This document shows, piece after piece, positions 8,188 through 18,640 of a stretch of 63,581 nt of DNA; positions within the stretch are counted from its first letter, which is position 1; every line of letters begins with the position of its first letter. Under the pieces are notes generated by a model. The model worked only from the letters and a program-made list of their open reading frames with translations, was not told the DNA's origin and searched no databases. The stretch is taken from the NCBI GenBank assembly GCA_046261715.1, contig JBHEOF010000003.1:17298-80878 (forward strand). Direction: 5' to 3'. Source of the DNA: Bacteroidales bacterium. Its GTDB lineage: Bacteria > Bacteroidota > Bacteroidia > Bacteroidales > UBA7960. A program made the translations under genes and the position numbers.

Positions 8188-10245
8188 ATGCTCAACCCAT
8201 CTGAAAAAGAAGAATGGCAGTATCTTGAATCCATAAAAGAAAAAATTAATCAGGCTCTCTCGCAAATTGATGAAAGCCTGCAAGAGCAGGCCAAAGATCT
8301 GCATGCTTCAAAAGAATATCTTTATGAGAATAAAGACGCCATGGACCGTATGGAAAAGGAAGCTGTACGCTATTCTATAACCAGTGGTGCCATAATCGGT
8401 GATGCATCTGTGCAAAAAAGAAAAAGGATTGAGAAACTTCTGGATTCACCTTATTTCGGACGTATTGATTTCAGTCGGGATAGTAAAAAAAAGACGGACC
8501 CAATCTATATAGGCATCTATTCATTTTATGACGAAAAAGAGAATTCTAATATCATACATGACTGGCGGGCGCCCATCTCTTCCATGTATTACGATTTTGA
8601 ACTGGGAAAGGCTTTCTATCAGGCGCCATCAGGAAAAATAAAAGGCAAAATTCTTTTAAAACGACAATACAGGATTCGCAACGGAAAGATGGAGTTCATG
8701 CTGGAAAATTCACTGAATATTCACGATAATATTCTTCAGGAAGAGTTGAGCAAGGCATCGGATGATAAGATGAAGAATATTGTTGCCACAATCCAGCGCG
8801 ACCAGAATGCCATAATCCGTAACGAAACATCAAGGGTGCTTATCATCCAGGGGGTGGCCGGCTCAGGTAAAACTTCCATTGCCCTGCACCGGATTGCTTT
8901 CCTTCTTTACCGTTTCCGGGAAAACCTTTCTTCCAATGAAATTCTTATCATATCGCCCAACAAAGTATTTGCCGATTATATTTCCAATGTACTCCCCGAA
9001 CTGGGAGAAGAACGTATCCCTGAAATGGGTATGGAAGAACTCGCAAATAAAGTTCTGGACAACAAATATAAATTCCAGACTTTTGCTGAGCAGGTAAACC
9101 GTTTATTGGAAAAACCCGATCAGGAATACATAAACCGCATAAGATTCAAAGCGAGCTTTAGCTTCCTGGGCAAGCTGGAGGAGTATGTGAATTATGTAAA
9201 CAGTAATTTCTTTCAACCATCAGACATTTGGATTAAAAAGAATTTTGTGCCTGATTGGTTTATTCGCGAGCGTTGGGAAGGTTATCACCGCCTGCCGCTC
9301 ATTAAGCGTTTCAACGAAATAACCCGTGATATTGAAGACAACATCCGTATCTATTACAAATATGAAATTGATGCGCAGGAAAGAAATGAAATCCGCAAGT
9401 CTGTTACCGGTATGTTTAGAACGACAAACATTCGCGAGCTGTACCGTGAGTTTTATAACTGGCTGGTAAAACCTGATTTGTTTAAAACCGCAAGTCGTTC
9501 GGTGATGGAATATGCTGATGTATTTCCACTTATCTACCTGAAAATCCGCTTGGAAGGATATAAAACCTTTGAAGATGTGAAGCACCTGCTGGTAGATGAA
9601 ATGCAGGATTATACCCCGTTGCAGTATGCAGTTTTGTCAAGACTTTTCCCTTGTAAGAAGACTATACTTGGTGATGCGGCACAATCGGTTAATCCTTTCA
9701 GCTCTTCATCGGCAGAAGAAATTCGCAGGGTTTTTCCCGAAGCCGACACTGTAAAATTGCTGAAAAGCTATCGCTCCACTTATGAGATTAGCCGGTTTGC
9801 GCAGAAAATTTCACCATCCGAAGAATTTGTAGCCATTGAAAGACATGGTGAAAGTCCTGTGTTGTTAGCCTGTAAGTCGGTTTCAGAAGAGTACGCACAA
9901 ATCCGGGCATGGGTGGAAGATTTCAGAAAGTCGGGCGAACATAAGTCACTGGGGATAATCTGCAAAACTCCAAAGCAAGCAGATAATTTATACACTACTC
10001 TATCCGAAAAAGGAATTGCGACGGCCTTAATAACATCTGAAAGTGCTGCCTTCAGCCAGGGTATTGTGATTACCACAGTACATATGTCGAAAGGCCTTGA
10101 GTTCGATTGGGTTATTGTGCCGCAGGCAAATGAATCAAATTATCATTCAGATGTTGATAAAAGCATGTTGTATATTGCCTGTACACGGGCTATGCACAGG
10201 CTTTTTGTATCCTGTACCGGAAACTTAACCGGATTTTTCACCTGA
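8188..10245 (+). CDS. helD: HelD-like superfamily-1 (UvrD-type) helicase / RNA polymerase recycling ATPase
   Basis: 685 aa. Walker A sits in VLIIQGVAGSGKTSIALHRIAFLLY, the DExQ box in LLVDEMQDYTPLQ, and the C-terminal helicase motifs in VHMSKGLEFDWVIV...YIACTRA. The N-terminal coiled/zinc-less arm is typical of HelD. Confidence 0.7.
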   Translation: MLNPSEKEEWQYLESIKEKINQALSQIDESLQEQAKDLHASKEYLYENKDAMDRMEKEAVRYSITSGAIIGDASVQKRKRIEKLLDSPYFGRIDFSRDSKKKTDPIYIGIYSFYDEKENSNIIHDWRAPISSMYYDFELGKAFYQAPSGKIKGKILLKRQYRIRNGKMEFMLENSLNIHDNILQEELSKASDDKMKNIVATIQRDQNAIIRNETSRVLIIQGVAGSGKTSIALHRIAFLLYRFRENLSSNEILIISPNKVFADYISNVLPELGEERIPEMGMEELANKVLDNKYKFQTFAEQVNRLLEKPDQEYINRIRFKASFSFLGKLEEYVNYVNSNFFQPSDIWIKKNFVPDWFIRERWEGYHRLPLIKRFNEITRDIEDNIRIYYKYEIDAQERNEIRKSVTGMFRTTNIRELYREFYNWLVKPDLFKTASRSVMEYADVFPLIYLKIRLEGYKTFEDVKHLLVDEMQDYTPLQYAVLSRLFPCKKTILGDAAQSVNPFSSSSAEEIRRVFPEADTVKLLKSYRSTYEISRFAQKISPSEEFVAIERHGESPVLLACKSVSEEYAQIRAWVEDFRKSGEHKSLGIICKTPKQADNLYTTLSEKGIATALITSESAAFSQGIVITTVHMSKGLEFDWVIVPQANESNYHSDVDKSMLYIACTRAMHRLFVSCTGNLTGFFT

Positions 10246-10439
10246 TAGTTTTGTTGAAATCGTTTTACTGGTAAGCAATAATAAGTTGTACTTCCATAAT
10301 AATCGCTATACTTTATTCTGCCTTTATAATCAATGGATAAGTGGCTGTAAAATTTTCCGGGTTATACCAGCTTCGCTGGTGATAAAAATTTCATTCTTAC
10401 AAATTCAAAAAGTAATGGTCTTTTGTGCTAATCATTCCA

Positions 10440-10447
10440 TAAATTTG
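10440..10447 (+). promoter_or_regulatory. Candidate -7 promoter box (TAnnTTTG)
   Basis: TAAATTTG lies 23 nt upstream of the ATG at 10470. Confidence 0.35.
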
Positions 10448-10469
10448 TATTGAAAACTCATTGATTTAT

Positions 10470-10931
10470 ATGGCAAAAAAAACACTCTTCAGGCTTGAAT
10501 TTGAAACGGATTTCCGTGTCGTGGGTGTTTTTTGTCCTGAAAAAGATTACAGGTTCTGCTGGCTTTTGAACAATAAGCTGGATTTTAACTTCCGCCGTGC
10601 AACCGATTTTACCGATATCACGGGCAAAAGTGAAAGTGCTGAACTGCATTCTGTTTACCTTTACGAAAGAGAATCTTTGCAGCGTACTTATTTCCTGGTA
10701 AATAACCGTTCTAATGAGGGCAGCAGGCTTTTTTCAAACCCTGCCGGACTTGATTTTTTACTGCTGGTAAAGGCCGATGATTCGCGGTTCAATTACAACC
10801 AGCTGCTGAAAAAAATACGCGCCCTGCCCCAGGTTACCGCGGCTTATATGCTCGACGATGCGCTTGGTAAAAATAAAGATGCTTTCCTGTATGATTTTGA
10901 AGTGTACCTTTCGCAGGAGCTGAAAATGTGA
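10470..10931 (+). CDS. Conserved hypothetical cytoplasmic protein (possibly the Bacteroidota IPExxxVDY-type family)
   Basis: 153 aa from the ATG. The N-terminal pattern FRVVGVFCPEKDYRFCWLLNNKL resembles a small Bacteroidota-specific family I recall only loosely. Function is unknown. Confidence 0.45.
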   Translation: MAKKTLFRLEFETDFRVVGVFCPEKDYRFCWLLNNKLDFNFRRATDFTDITGKSESAELHSVYLYERESLQRTYFLVNNRSNEGSRLFSNPAGLDFLLLVKADDSRFNYNQLLKKIRALPQVTAAYMLDDALGKNKDAFLYDFEVYLSQELKM

Positions 10932-10998
10932 AGGACCTTATCATATATCATAACCTGAGAAAGTATCAGGATAATCCTGAATCTGAAATTAATCTTAA

Positions 10999-12186
10999 TT
11001 ACCTCAGTACATTGCTTTCCTTGCCAAACCATTTGGCGCAGAAGACCACCGAAATAGCTGCCAGACCCACCAGAGAGACTACTGTAAGCAGGTAATGGGG
11101 CAGATGAATGGTTCCTGCAATGATCTCTTTCGTGGCGAGTGTAATGTTGACAATGGGCACAAGCGCAGTTACTGCATTGTATTCCATTCCGGGTATTAGC
11201 CCAAGGGCAGCGGGAATAATTATAATGAAAGTTAGCGGTGTAACAATGCTTTGAGCTTCCTTAAATGTTTTGGCATAGATGGTGAGCGGCACCAGTAAAC
11301 CGGCAAAAAATATGGTGAGAGGTATCAGCATAAGCAACAGGTAGATTACAAAGCTGAAGGTGAGAATCCCCATTACCACCGACATGATAAACTCGGGCAG
11401 TCCGGCAGAAACCTGCAGACCAACGAATAACCCGAGTATGGCCAGCATGGCAGAAATCAGTCCGGTAAGTGCAATTACAACCATTTTCCCTACCAGGATC
11501 TCGATGCGCGAAACCGGGGCTGTGAGTAATGTCTCCATTGTTCGGCGTTCTTTTTCGCCGGTAAAAAGATCAATGGCCGGGTACATAGCGCCTGTAAAGC
11601 AGAAGATGATGAAAAGGTAGGGCAGAAAACCACCGGCCAGCTTGCCGATCATTTCCTGATCTGTGGCAATATTAACTGATTCGGTGCGGAAGGGTTTGAT
11701 AAAGGATTGGGTGAGTTCTTTCTCCTGCAACCTTTCATTGATAATATTATTTTCATATTGGGCTAATAGTTGGTCAATACGGTCTTTACCCGTTAACCGT
11801 GTACCTGAAAAGTAAACTTTAAGTGAAGTTTCTCCCATATTATCAAGTGCAACGCCAAATCCCGCAGGAATAAATAGTCCGTATTGCAAACTGTCGGAGC
11901 GGATCAATGTTTCCAGTTCTCCGGCATCATCCATATACACCAGTTCAACTTTTTCCTGATTCTCAAGGAAATTATCAAGCCGGGTATCGTTATCTTCACT
12001 CACATATCCGATCTTTAAAGACCTTACCTGCTCGCGTTCCATTACCGACTCCTGCAGCCGGCTTGTGGCAATGAATATTACGGGAAAAACCAATACAGGC
12101 ACCAGCACCATTACTATGATGGTGCGTTTATCTCTAAGGGTATCCAGAGTTTCTTTTTTGATAATTGTGATGATATTTTTCAGCAT
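10999..12186 (-). CDS. ABC-2 type transporter permease (NatB-like)
   Basis: 395 aa with one N-terminal TM, a large periplasmic loop and five C-terminal TMs. It lies directly downstream of the ATPase gene. Confidence 0.75.
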   Translation of the reverse strand: MLKNIITIIKKETLDTLRDKRTIIVMVLVPVLVFPVIFIATSRLQESVMEREQVRSLKIGYVSEDNDTRLDNFLENQEKVELVYMDDAGELETLIRSDSLQYGLFIPAGFGVALDNMGETSLKVYFSGTRLTGKDRIDQLLAQYENNIINERLQEKELTQSFIKPFRTESVNIATDQEMIGKLAGGFLPYLFIIFCFTGAMYPAIDLFTGEKERRTMETLLTAPVSRIEILVGKMVVIALTGLISAMLAILGLFVGLQVSAGLPEFIMSVVMGILTFSFVIYLLLMLIPLTIFFAGLLVPLTIYAKTFKEAQSIVTPLTFIIIIPAALGLIPGMEYNAVTALVPIVNITLATKEIIAGTIHLPHYLLTVVSLVGLAAISVVFCAKWFGKESNVLR

Positions 12187-12235
12187 TTTTCGGTTGATTT
12201 CAAATTATTAATTGCGTTTTACGTGGCCTTACAAT

Positions 12236-13015
12236 TTAACCCTGCAAACTCTCTTCGCTTTGTGTAACAATATGAATAAACTCTTCGGTGAGATTATCCG
12301 TCTGCATGTGTTTGCGGAAGTTTACCATGGTATCATTGAAAAGAATTTTGCCGTTGTGTATGATCCCCAGATCATCACAAAGCAGGTCAACTTCGCTCAT
12401 GATATGAGAAGAGAAGATCACGGTTTTGCCCTGGTCTTTGCAGTCGCGGATGAGTTCAATGATATTTTTGGCAGTAATAACATCCAGTCCTGATGTGGGC
12501 TCGTCGAATACTACAACCTCAGGGTCGTGGATCATGGTGCGGGTAATGCTCACCTTCTGTTTCATGCCTGTAGATAGCTTTCCAATGCGCTTGTTGGCAA
12601 AATCGTGCATGCCCAGCAGGGTATAGAGCCGGTCCTTACGGTCCTCAATAAGTTTGTCGTCCATGCCGTTAAGCTTCCCGAAATACTTCACCATTTCATT
12701 GGGTGTAAGTCTTTCGTAGAGGCCGGTTGTTCCCGTAAGGAAACCCATTTTAGCCCTGGCTTTGGAAGGGTTTTCACACAGATCAATACCGCACACTTTT
12801 ACACTGCCCGATGTAGCTCGCAAAATGGTGGCTATGATACGTAATGTAGTAGTTTTACCGGCACCATTAGGACCTAACAGACTGTAAATTCTGCCCGGTT
12901 TACAAGAAAAACTAACATCATGCAGTACTTTCAGTGATTTTTCTTCTACACCGATCTCCTGCCTTTGTTTCTTGTTAAGTGGAAATTCCTTAATAAGGTT
13001 ACTAACTTCGATCAT
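12236..13015 (-). CDS. ABC transporter ATP-binding protein (NatA-like)
   Basis: Walker A is GPNGAGKTT, the signature is LSTGMKQK and Walker B is VVVFDEPTSGLD. Confidence 0.9.
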   Translation of the reverse strand: MIEVSNLIKEFPLNKKQRQEIGVEEKSLKVLHDVSFSCKPGRIYSLLGPNGAGKTTTLRIIATILRATSGSVKVCGIDLCENPSKARAKMGFLTGTTGLYERLTPNEMVKYFGKLNGMDDKLIEDRKDRLYTLLGMHDFANKRIGKLSTGMKQKVSITRTMIHDPEVVVFDEPTSGLDVITAKNIIELIRDCKDQGKTVIFSSHIMSEVDLLCDDLGIIHNGKILFNDTMVNFRKHMQTDNLTEEFIHIVTQSEESLQG

Positions 13016-13117
13016 TTTATCAGTTTAATTGATGAGATAAAATTTTATTACTCCGAAGTTAGTCGCAGCAATTAAAGATTTGTTACAAATGAAAAGAAGA
13101 TTTTAAAACTGACATCA

Positions 13118-13900
13118 TCACCCCTTCCCTTCCATCTTCTTAGCCTCATTCCAGAACACATCCATTTCGTTGAGCGACATTTTTTTCATATCCTTTTTGG
13201 AAGCATTGGTTTGGGCTTCAAGGTATTCGAACCGGCGAATGAATTTCTTGTTGGTCCGCTCGAGAGCACTTTCGGGGTTTATATCAATGAATCGTGAATA
13301 GTTTATCAATGCAAAAATCAGGTCACCGAATTCCTGTTCAATTTTTTCGTGTGGAGCGTTATTATCAACTTCGTATTTAAGTTCGTTGAGTTCTTCCTGC
13401 ACTTTATCCCATACCTGATGGGGCTTTTCCCAGTCAAAACCTACACCGCGGGCCTTATCCTGTATGCGGTAAGCTTTTACCATGGCAGGGAGTGATGTGG
13501 GAACTCCTGACAGGACTTTCTTTTTCCCTTCACGCAGTTTGATCTTTTCCCAGTTTTCCTTTACCTGTTCATCGTTTTCGGCAACGGTATCGCCGTAAAT
13601 GTGCGGATGACGGCGAATAAGCTTTTCATTGATATTCTCAATAACATCCTTTATATCAAAAGCGCCTTTTTCCTGTCCGATTTTGGCGTAAAAAACAATA
13701 TGCAGTAACAGATCGCCCAGCTCTTTTTTGATTTCATCCAGATCATTCTCAAGTATGGCATCGGCGAGTTCATAGGTTTCTTCTATTGTAAGATGCCGGA
13801 GACTTTCAAGGGTTTGTTTTTTATCCCAGGGGCATTTGGCCCTGAGTTCGTCCATGATATCAAGCAATTGCTGAAAGGCTTGCAGTGTAGAATTTTCCAT
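13118..13900 (-). CDS. mazG: Nucleoside triphosphate pyrophosphohydrolase MazG
   Basis: Tandem MazG domains with the EExxE motifs (TIEETYELADA and ELGDLLLHIVF; second copy VQEELNELKYE and EFGDLIFALIN). The ATG at 13900 is preferred over the TTG at 13918. Confidence 0.88.
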   Translation of the reverse strand: MENSTLQAFQQLLDIMDELRAKCPWDKKQTLESLRHLTIEETYELADAILENDLDEIKKELGDLLLHIVFYAKIGQEKGAFDIKDVIENINEKLIRRHPHIYGDTVAENDEQVKENWEKIKLREGKKKVLSGVPTSLPAMVKAYRIQDKARGVGFDWEKPHQVWDKVQEELNELKYEVDNNAPHEKIEQEFGDLIFALINYSRFIDINPESALERTNKKFIRRFEYLEAQTNASKKDMKKMSLNEMDVFWNEAKKMEGKG

Positions 13901-13999
13901 CAGAATAATTTTTGGCAAAGGTAAGAAACAAATAAGTTTTTGTTTACCATGCGCAAAATATCTGTTAAAAAGAAATTTCGGGAGAAATAATTTGATTCA

Positions 14000-16900
14000 T
14001 CAGGGTGCATCAGGCAGGGTGAGTCTGATCCAGAATTCGGCACCCTTCATATATTCACTGTTTACTCCAATGGTACCTCCCATGAGTTCAATGAGTTCTT
14101 TGCTGATGGCAAGCCCTATTCCTGCACCTTCGTGCTCGCGGGTGTAAGAGCTGTCGGCCTGGGTAAACCTATCAAAAAGAATAGGTATTTTTTCATTGGG
14201 AATGCCTATGCCGGTGTCTTTTATACTTATTTTCATTTCGGTGGCGTTGCCGGGCATATGGTTTGCGATTACCGAAACAGTAACATTGCCGCCGGATGTA
14301 GTAAATTTTATAGCATTGGCTAAAAGGTTGGTTAATATTTGTTGCAGCCTGAACTCATCTCCCAGTAAACGGATGTTTCTGATTTCTTCATAATTGGGGA
14401 TCAGACTGATTTCTTTTTGTAAAGCGGCTGCTCTGAAAATACCCAGGGTTTTATCTATTAAGCTGCTTAACACGAAAGGTTCTTTACGAATTATAATACC
14501 ATGGGATTCAATGGCTGAAAGCTGATGTATGTTACTGATCAGTTCCAGCAGGCTATCAGATGATTCCTTAACAACCTTCATTAATTCAGCTTGTCTGGAG
14601 GTAAGTCCCGAACGCATCAGTATATCAGTCATGCCAATTATACCACTCAAAGGAGTGCGCATTTCATGGCTCATGTTATCTAAAAATAACTCCTTGGCTT
14701 TATTTGCCCTGTTTCTTATTTCTTCTTGTTTTTCTCTTTCCTGTTTTTCCTTTTCAAGGGTAATATCTTTAAATATGCGGCAAAGATATTTGCGATTGTT
14801 ATCATTGAACACAAAACTGGTAACCGTAAGGTACTTTAACTCTCCTTCTTTTGTTTTCATGGAAATATCGCGGGCCACCGGTTTTTTGCTTTCATCTTTG
14901 TCGAAGAAACGGAAAAAGTGTTTCCTGAATTTATCTTTTGGGTATTCGGTAAACTCTTCTTTTTCAGAAGGTTTAAAGGTTATTTCCGATTCAATATCCC
15001 AAATATATTTACCAATAGCATTTTCGGCTGAAATACCTGAGAGTTTTTCGCAACTGGTGTTCCATTCGGTAATATGACCATCATCCTGTATTACTATTAT
15101 GGGATCAAGAGATTGTTTGATCAGGTTGCGGAATTTTACTTCACTTTCTTTCAGACTTTTCTCCGCTTCCCTGATGTTACTAATATCCTGCGCAATACCC
15201 ATAATTTTACCATCGCCCTGCACAACACCCCTGGTATACAGGTGCAAAGGAGTTTTATCCTTTCTGATAAACTCCCATTCCATATCAACCGTGAAATTAA
15301 CGTTTCTGATATTTTGTGAAGCCAGATCAAGCTTTTCCCTGATCATCTTCTGCTGGTCGGGAGATGTATATCTTTGTAAGAACCGGTCGATGGGGATTAC
15401 GATCTTATCATCACTTTCCGTTGTGTTGAAATCCTTAAGTATGCTTTTGTCAATGATCAACCTGCGCGAACAAATGTCATATTTCCAATAGCCCAGCCGG
15501 GCAATAGCTGCAGCATTCCACAAAGCCGATTTGGTATCCTGCAATTTGGCTCCCATCTTTATTCCATGCAGAGCCTTTGATGCCAGTTGCGAGAATGTTT
15601 CAAAGATATAAGGATGCAAAAAGCCATCGGCAGGAAGCAGAAAGGACATAGTGCCGTAAAGGTTTCCATCAGCAAACAAACCACATCCGTAGTATTTTCC
15701 TGTTCCCAGTATTGCTTCCAGCTTACGGCAAACAGGTATGGAGATGGTTCCTAATGATAATTCATTTATACCACCTTTTATTTCCCTCAGACGTGAACTG
15801 GTGTACTCATGATAAAAATGGCTGTTTTTATCCAACGGGTATTTTTTGTGTAAAGGGTGTTTCCCTATCAGTTTGGTTATCTTTTCAGAGGGAAAATCTT
15901 TACCCTGTATTATTCTGGGTTTGAGATAACCCTGCTCTTTGTTGTAGCTTTTCACAATAACCAGGGCATTTCCTGTAACAAGAGAGTAAGCTGTTTCGCC
16001 AATAAATCTGTAAATATCTTCATCTTTTATGGAAAGAAGTTTTATAGCTGCCTCCGAAAGGATTTTCAACTGATTGCTCAGGGTTTTTTCATTCTTTTCG
16101 AAGTTAACAATAGGAGTAATATCATACAGATTCATTGTTAACCATGATGAGCCAGCCACAGGTATTACCGCTCCGCTTAAATATTTCTGATTGATAAAAA
16201 CTGAGAAATCCTGTGAAAGATTAAAATTCTCCCGGTAAAAAAAATCTGACGGACGATAGCCATTCTCTGAAAAATAACGAAAAACAGTTTCTTTGTTTAA
16301 CTGACCGGGTTCTTTTAAGCCCAGCAACTGCATGCATTTTGAGTTGCTGAAAACAAAATCTCCTGCATCCGGGTCAAATATGGCTATCCCAAATTCAAGG
16401 CTTTCCAGTATATTGTTATGCATGGAGCCTGTGATAATTTTTGCCTGCGATTTTGCCTGTTTCTCATAATGGTTTGTAATCTCCTGGTTTTTTAATAATG
16501 CCTGAATAAGCCGGCAAGTGTTTACCAGAAAATTTACATCTTCTTTTTCCCAGCTGACGTTTTCTTTGGATGAAGAAACAATAAGGAATCCTGTTAATTC
16601 TTCGCCAAACAGCAAAGGACTCTGCAAAAATGCTTTGGAGCCTATGTTTGCAAGTAATTCTTTACAATGTGAATAAATATCAGGGATGTTGGCAATATTT
16701 GAGATATGGAAAATCCGTCTTTGCACAGCAAACTTTTCCCATAGGGGATATTGACTGAATTTCAGATCTTTTAAAATGCCGGCCAGTGGAGCTGATTGGG
16801 TGTCATGCCATTCAAGAGACGCTGAAAATGTATCATTATCAGGTTTGGTCGAAAACAGGATGACCCTGTTTGCACCAAATATCTGACCCAGTGTTTTCAG

Positions 16901-17005
16901 TGAATCCGTAATAACATTCCTGATCTTTGCCGCATCTGTTTCTGAAAGATGAGCTGAAATGTTCAGGATGAGCCTGTCTTTCAGGCCTTGCATAACATTT
17001 TCCAA
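14000..17005 (-). CDS. Multi-domain sensor histidine kinase (GAF/PAS repeats, HisKA, HATPase_c), no receiver domain
   Basis: The H-box is NMSHEMRTPLSGI. The ATPase N/G boxes are LTNLLANAIKF, DTGIGI and GAGIGLAISKEL. The upstream ~750 aa contain PAS/GAF-like repeats. The first codon in the track is TTG; the ATG at 16993 is an alternative start. Confidence 0.85.
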   Translation of the reverse strand: MENVMQGLKDRLILNISAHLSETDAAKIRNVITDSLKTLGQIFGANRVILFSTKPDNDTFSASLEWHDTQSAPLAGILKDLKFSQYPLWEKFAVQRRIFHISNIANIPDIYSHCKELLANIGSKAFLQSPLLFGEELTGFLIVSSSKENVSWEKEDVNFLVNTCRLIQALLKNQEITNHYEKQAKSQAKIITGSMHNNILESLEFGIAIFDPDAGDFVFSNSKCMQLLGLKEPGQLNKETVFRYFSENGYRPSDFFYRENFNLSQDFSVFINQKYLSGAVIPVAGSSWLTMNLYDITPIVNFEKNEKTLSNQLKILSEAAIKLLSIKDEDIYRFIGETAYSLVTGNALVIVKSYNKEQGYLKPRIIQGKDFPSEKITKLIGKHPLHKKYPLDKNSHFYHEYTSSRLREIKGGINELSLGTISIPVCRKLEAILGTGKYYGCGLFADGNLYGTMSFLLPADGFLHPYIFETFSQLASKALHGIKMGAKLQDTKSALWNAAAIARLGYWKYDICSRRLIIDKSILKDFNTTESDDKIVIPIDRFLQRYTSPDQQKMIREKLDLASQNIRNVNFTVDMEWEFIRKDKTPLHLYTRGVVQGDGKIMGIAQDISNIREAEKSLKESEVKFRNLIKQSLDPIIVIQDDGHITEWNTSCEKLSGISAENAIGKYIWDIESEITFKPSEKEEFTEYPKDKFRKHFFRFFDKDESKKPVARDISMKTKEGELKYLTVTSFVFNDNNRKYLCRIFKDITLEKEKQEREKQEEIRNRANKAKELFLDNMSHEMRTPLSGIIGMTDILMRSGLTSRQAELMKVVKESSDSLLELISNIHQLSAIESHGIIIRKEPFVLSSLIDKTLGIFRAAALQKEISLIPNYEEIRNIRLLGDEFRLQQILTNLLANAIKFTTSGGNVTVSVIANHMPGNATEMKISIKDTGIGIPNEKIPILFDRFTQADSSYTREHEGAGIGLAISKELIELMGGTIGVNSEYMKGAEFWIRLTLPDAP

Positions 17006-17293
17006 ATCTTCAATGTTGAATTTTTCCTTTTTGTCTATACCTTTGGATGCAATAGCACAGCAATATGATCTGTGTTTCTGATCAAAATGGTTTTAGTAAC
17101 TTTCAAATATAGGGAATTAGCATAGGTGAAGACTTGGTGTTTTTACCAATTTTGAATAAGGTAAAACCACCTAAAATAAATTTGTTCGTTCTGATACATT
17201 AATTGACCGCCAGCGGACACTAAAAAGTTGTTTCAGAAAAACATGATTATTCAACCAATTGAATATTAAATCAATACGGTAGTTGGCATAAAG

Positions 17294-17313
17294 TTGGCAA
17301 CGTAATTTGCCAA
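17294..17313. promoter_or_regulatory. Candidate operator: perfect 7-bp inverted repeat TTGGCAA-N6-TTGCCAA
   Basis: Read directly from the sequence. An extra half-site GTTGGCAT lies at 17283-17290. The repeat sits 20 nt upstream of the HlyD-family gene start (17333), in the divergent region shared with the histidine kinase. Confidence 0.4.
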
Positions 17314-17332
17314 AAATTATAAGAATATTAGT

Positions 17333-18583
17333 ATGGATCGCATTATTAAAAAGAAAAAGTGGAACAGTACCCGAATAACACTAACGGTTCTTGGTACTTT
17401 ACTGGTGCTGTTTATCGCTTATCTTGTTTTTTTTCGCGAAAATGGTAGCCGTCTTTATGTGGATAAAGAAAAGATGACCATTTCAACTGTTCAGCAAGGC
17501 AGTTTCCAGGAATTTATTCCTGTAGATGGCTCCGTTCAACCCATTGTAACAATTTATGTTGATGCTGTATTTGGCGGCAGGGTAGAAGAAATTTTTGTTC
17601 GCGATGGAGCTTTTGTGGAAGAAGGTGATCCTATAGTGCGTTTGTCTAATGCAAGTATAGAAATGGATTACATGTATCGGGAAAACAATCTGCTCGAAGT
17701 TTTAAATAATTATCAGAATACAAGGCTAAGTCTTGAAAGGAATAAATTTACGCTTGAGCGGCAGATGGCTGATCTGGAATATCAGAAAGATATTGCCACC
17801 AAAGACTTTAACAGAAAAAAGGTATATTATGATTCGGGTCATATTTCAGAGGAAGATTACGAGAATGCCGAACGTGAATATAATATTGCCCGAAAAAGAT
17901 ATGATATAGCCTACAGGGCCATGCAGCATGATTCTGTTTACACCGAAACCCAGATGATACAGATCAAGGAATCTATAGATCGCATGGAAGATAATTTGAA
18001 TATGCTTAACCGCAATCTTGAGAACCTTATCATTACGGCACCCATCAGTGGTCAGCTTTCATCGTTTAATGCCGAGCGCGGAGAAACAAAACAATCAGGT
18101 GAAAATCTAGGTCAGATTGATGTACTGGATGGTTTTAAGCTTCGTGCACGTATTGATGAGCGTTATGTTAACCGCACTTTTGTTGGGCAGAAGGCCCAGT
18201 TCGACTATGCAGGGAATAATTATCAGCTCGAAATCCATAAGATTTACAGTAATATTACCGGAGGAGCCTTTGAAGTAGATCTTCATTTTATGGGCGAAAT
18301 ACCCGAAGGTATTAGAAGAGGCCAAACTATACAGCTCAGATTGGAATTTAGCGGAGTAGCTGATGCTATTATCATTCCGCGTGGTGGCTTTTACCAGGAA
18401 ACCGGAGGTAACTGGATATATGTACTTGATCCTTCCGGCAGCCAGGCCACCAAAAGAAGCATTCGCATAGGACGTCAAAATATTCATCATTATGAAGTGC
18501 TCGAGGGCCTTGAGCCTGGCGAAAGAGTAATTACTTCTTCGTATGATGCCTTTGGTGGAAAGGACAGACTTATATTCAGATAA
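17333..18583 (+). CDS. HlyD-family efflux periplasmic adaptor (MacA-like)
   Basis: 416 aa with an N-terminal TM anchor, a lipoyl-like motif (GGRVEEIFVRDGAFVEEGDPIVRL), a long coiled-coil and a beta-barrel C-terminus. It precedes ABC/FtsX genes. Confidence 0.8.
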   Translation: MDRIIKKKKWNSTRITLTVLGTLLVLFIAYLVFFRENGSRLYVDKEKMTISTVQQGSFQEFIPVDGSVQPIVTIYVDAVFGGRVEEIFVRDGAFVEEGDPIVRLSNASIEMDYMYRENNLLEVLNNYQNTRLSLERNKFTLERQMADLEYQKDIATKDFNRKKVYYDSGHISEEDYENAEREYNIARKRYDIAYRAMQHDSVYTETQMIQIKESIDRMEDNLNMLNRNLENLIITAPISGQLSSFNAERGETKQSGENLGQIDVLDGFKLRARIDERYVNRTFVGQKAQFDYAGNNYQLEIHKIYSNITGGAFEVDLHFMGEIPEGIRRGQTIQLRLEFSGVADAIIIPRGGFYQETGGNWIYVLDPSGSQATKRSIRIGRQNIHHYEVLEGLEPGERVITSSYDAFGGKDRLIFR

Positions 18584-18640
18584 TTAATGATTAAATTATT
18601 ATAAAAGCAGGATTTGTTTACATAATTAAAAAACTCAACC

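Noticed and set aside
8188-10245. HelD-like helicase as part of a defence system
   Set aside because: It stands alone between lipA and a small conserved hypothetical gene, with no nuclease, methylase or other partner gene. The motifs fit the housekeeping HelD/helicase IV type.
17284-17310. Sigma-54 type -24/-12 promoter (TGGCA...TTGC)
   Set aside because: The GG-to-GC spacing is 11 nt for TGGCAACGTAATTTGC (the consensus needs 10). The alternative register has TGGC instead of TTGC. An inverted-repeat operator is the better reading.
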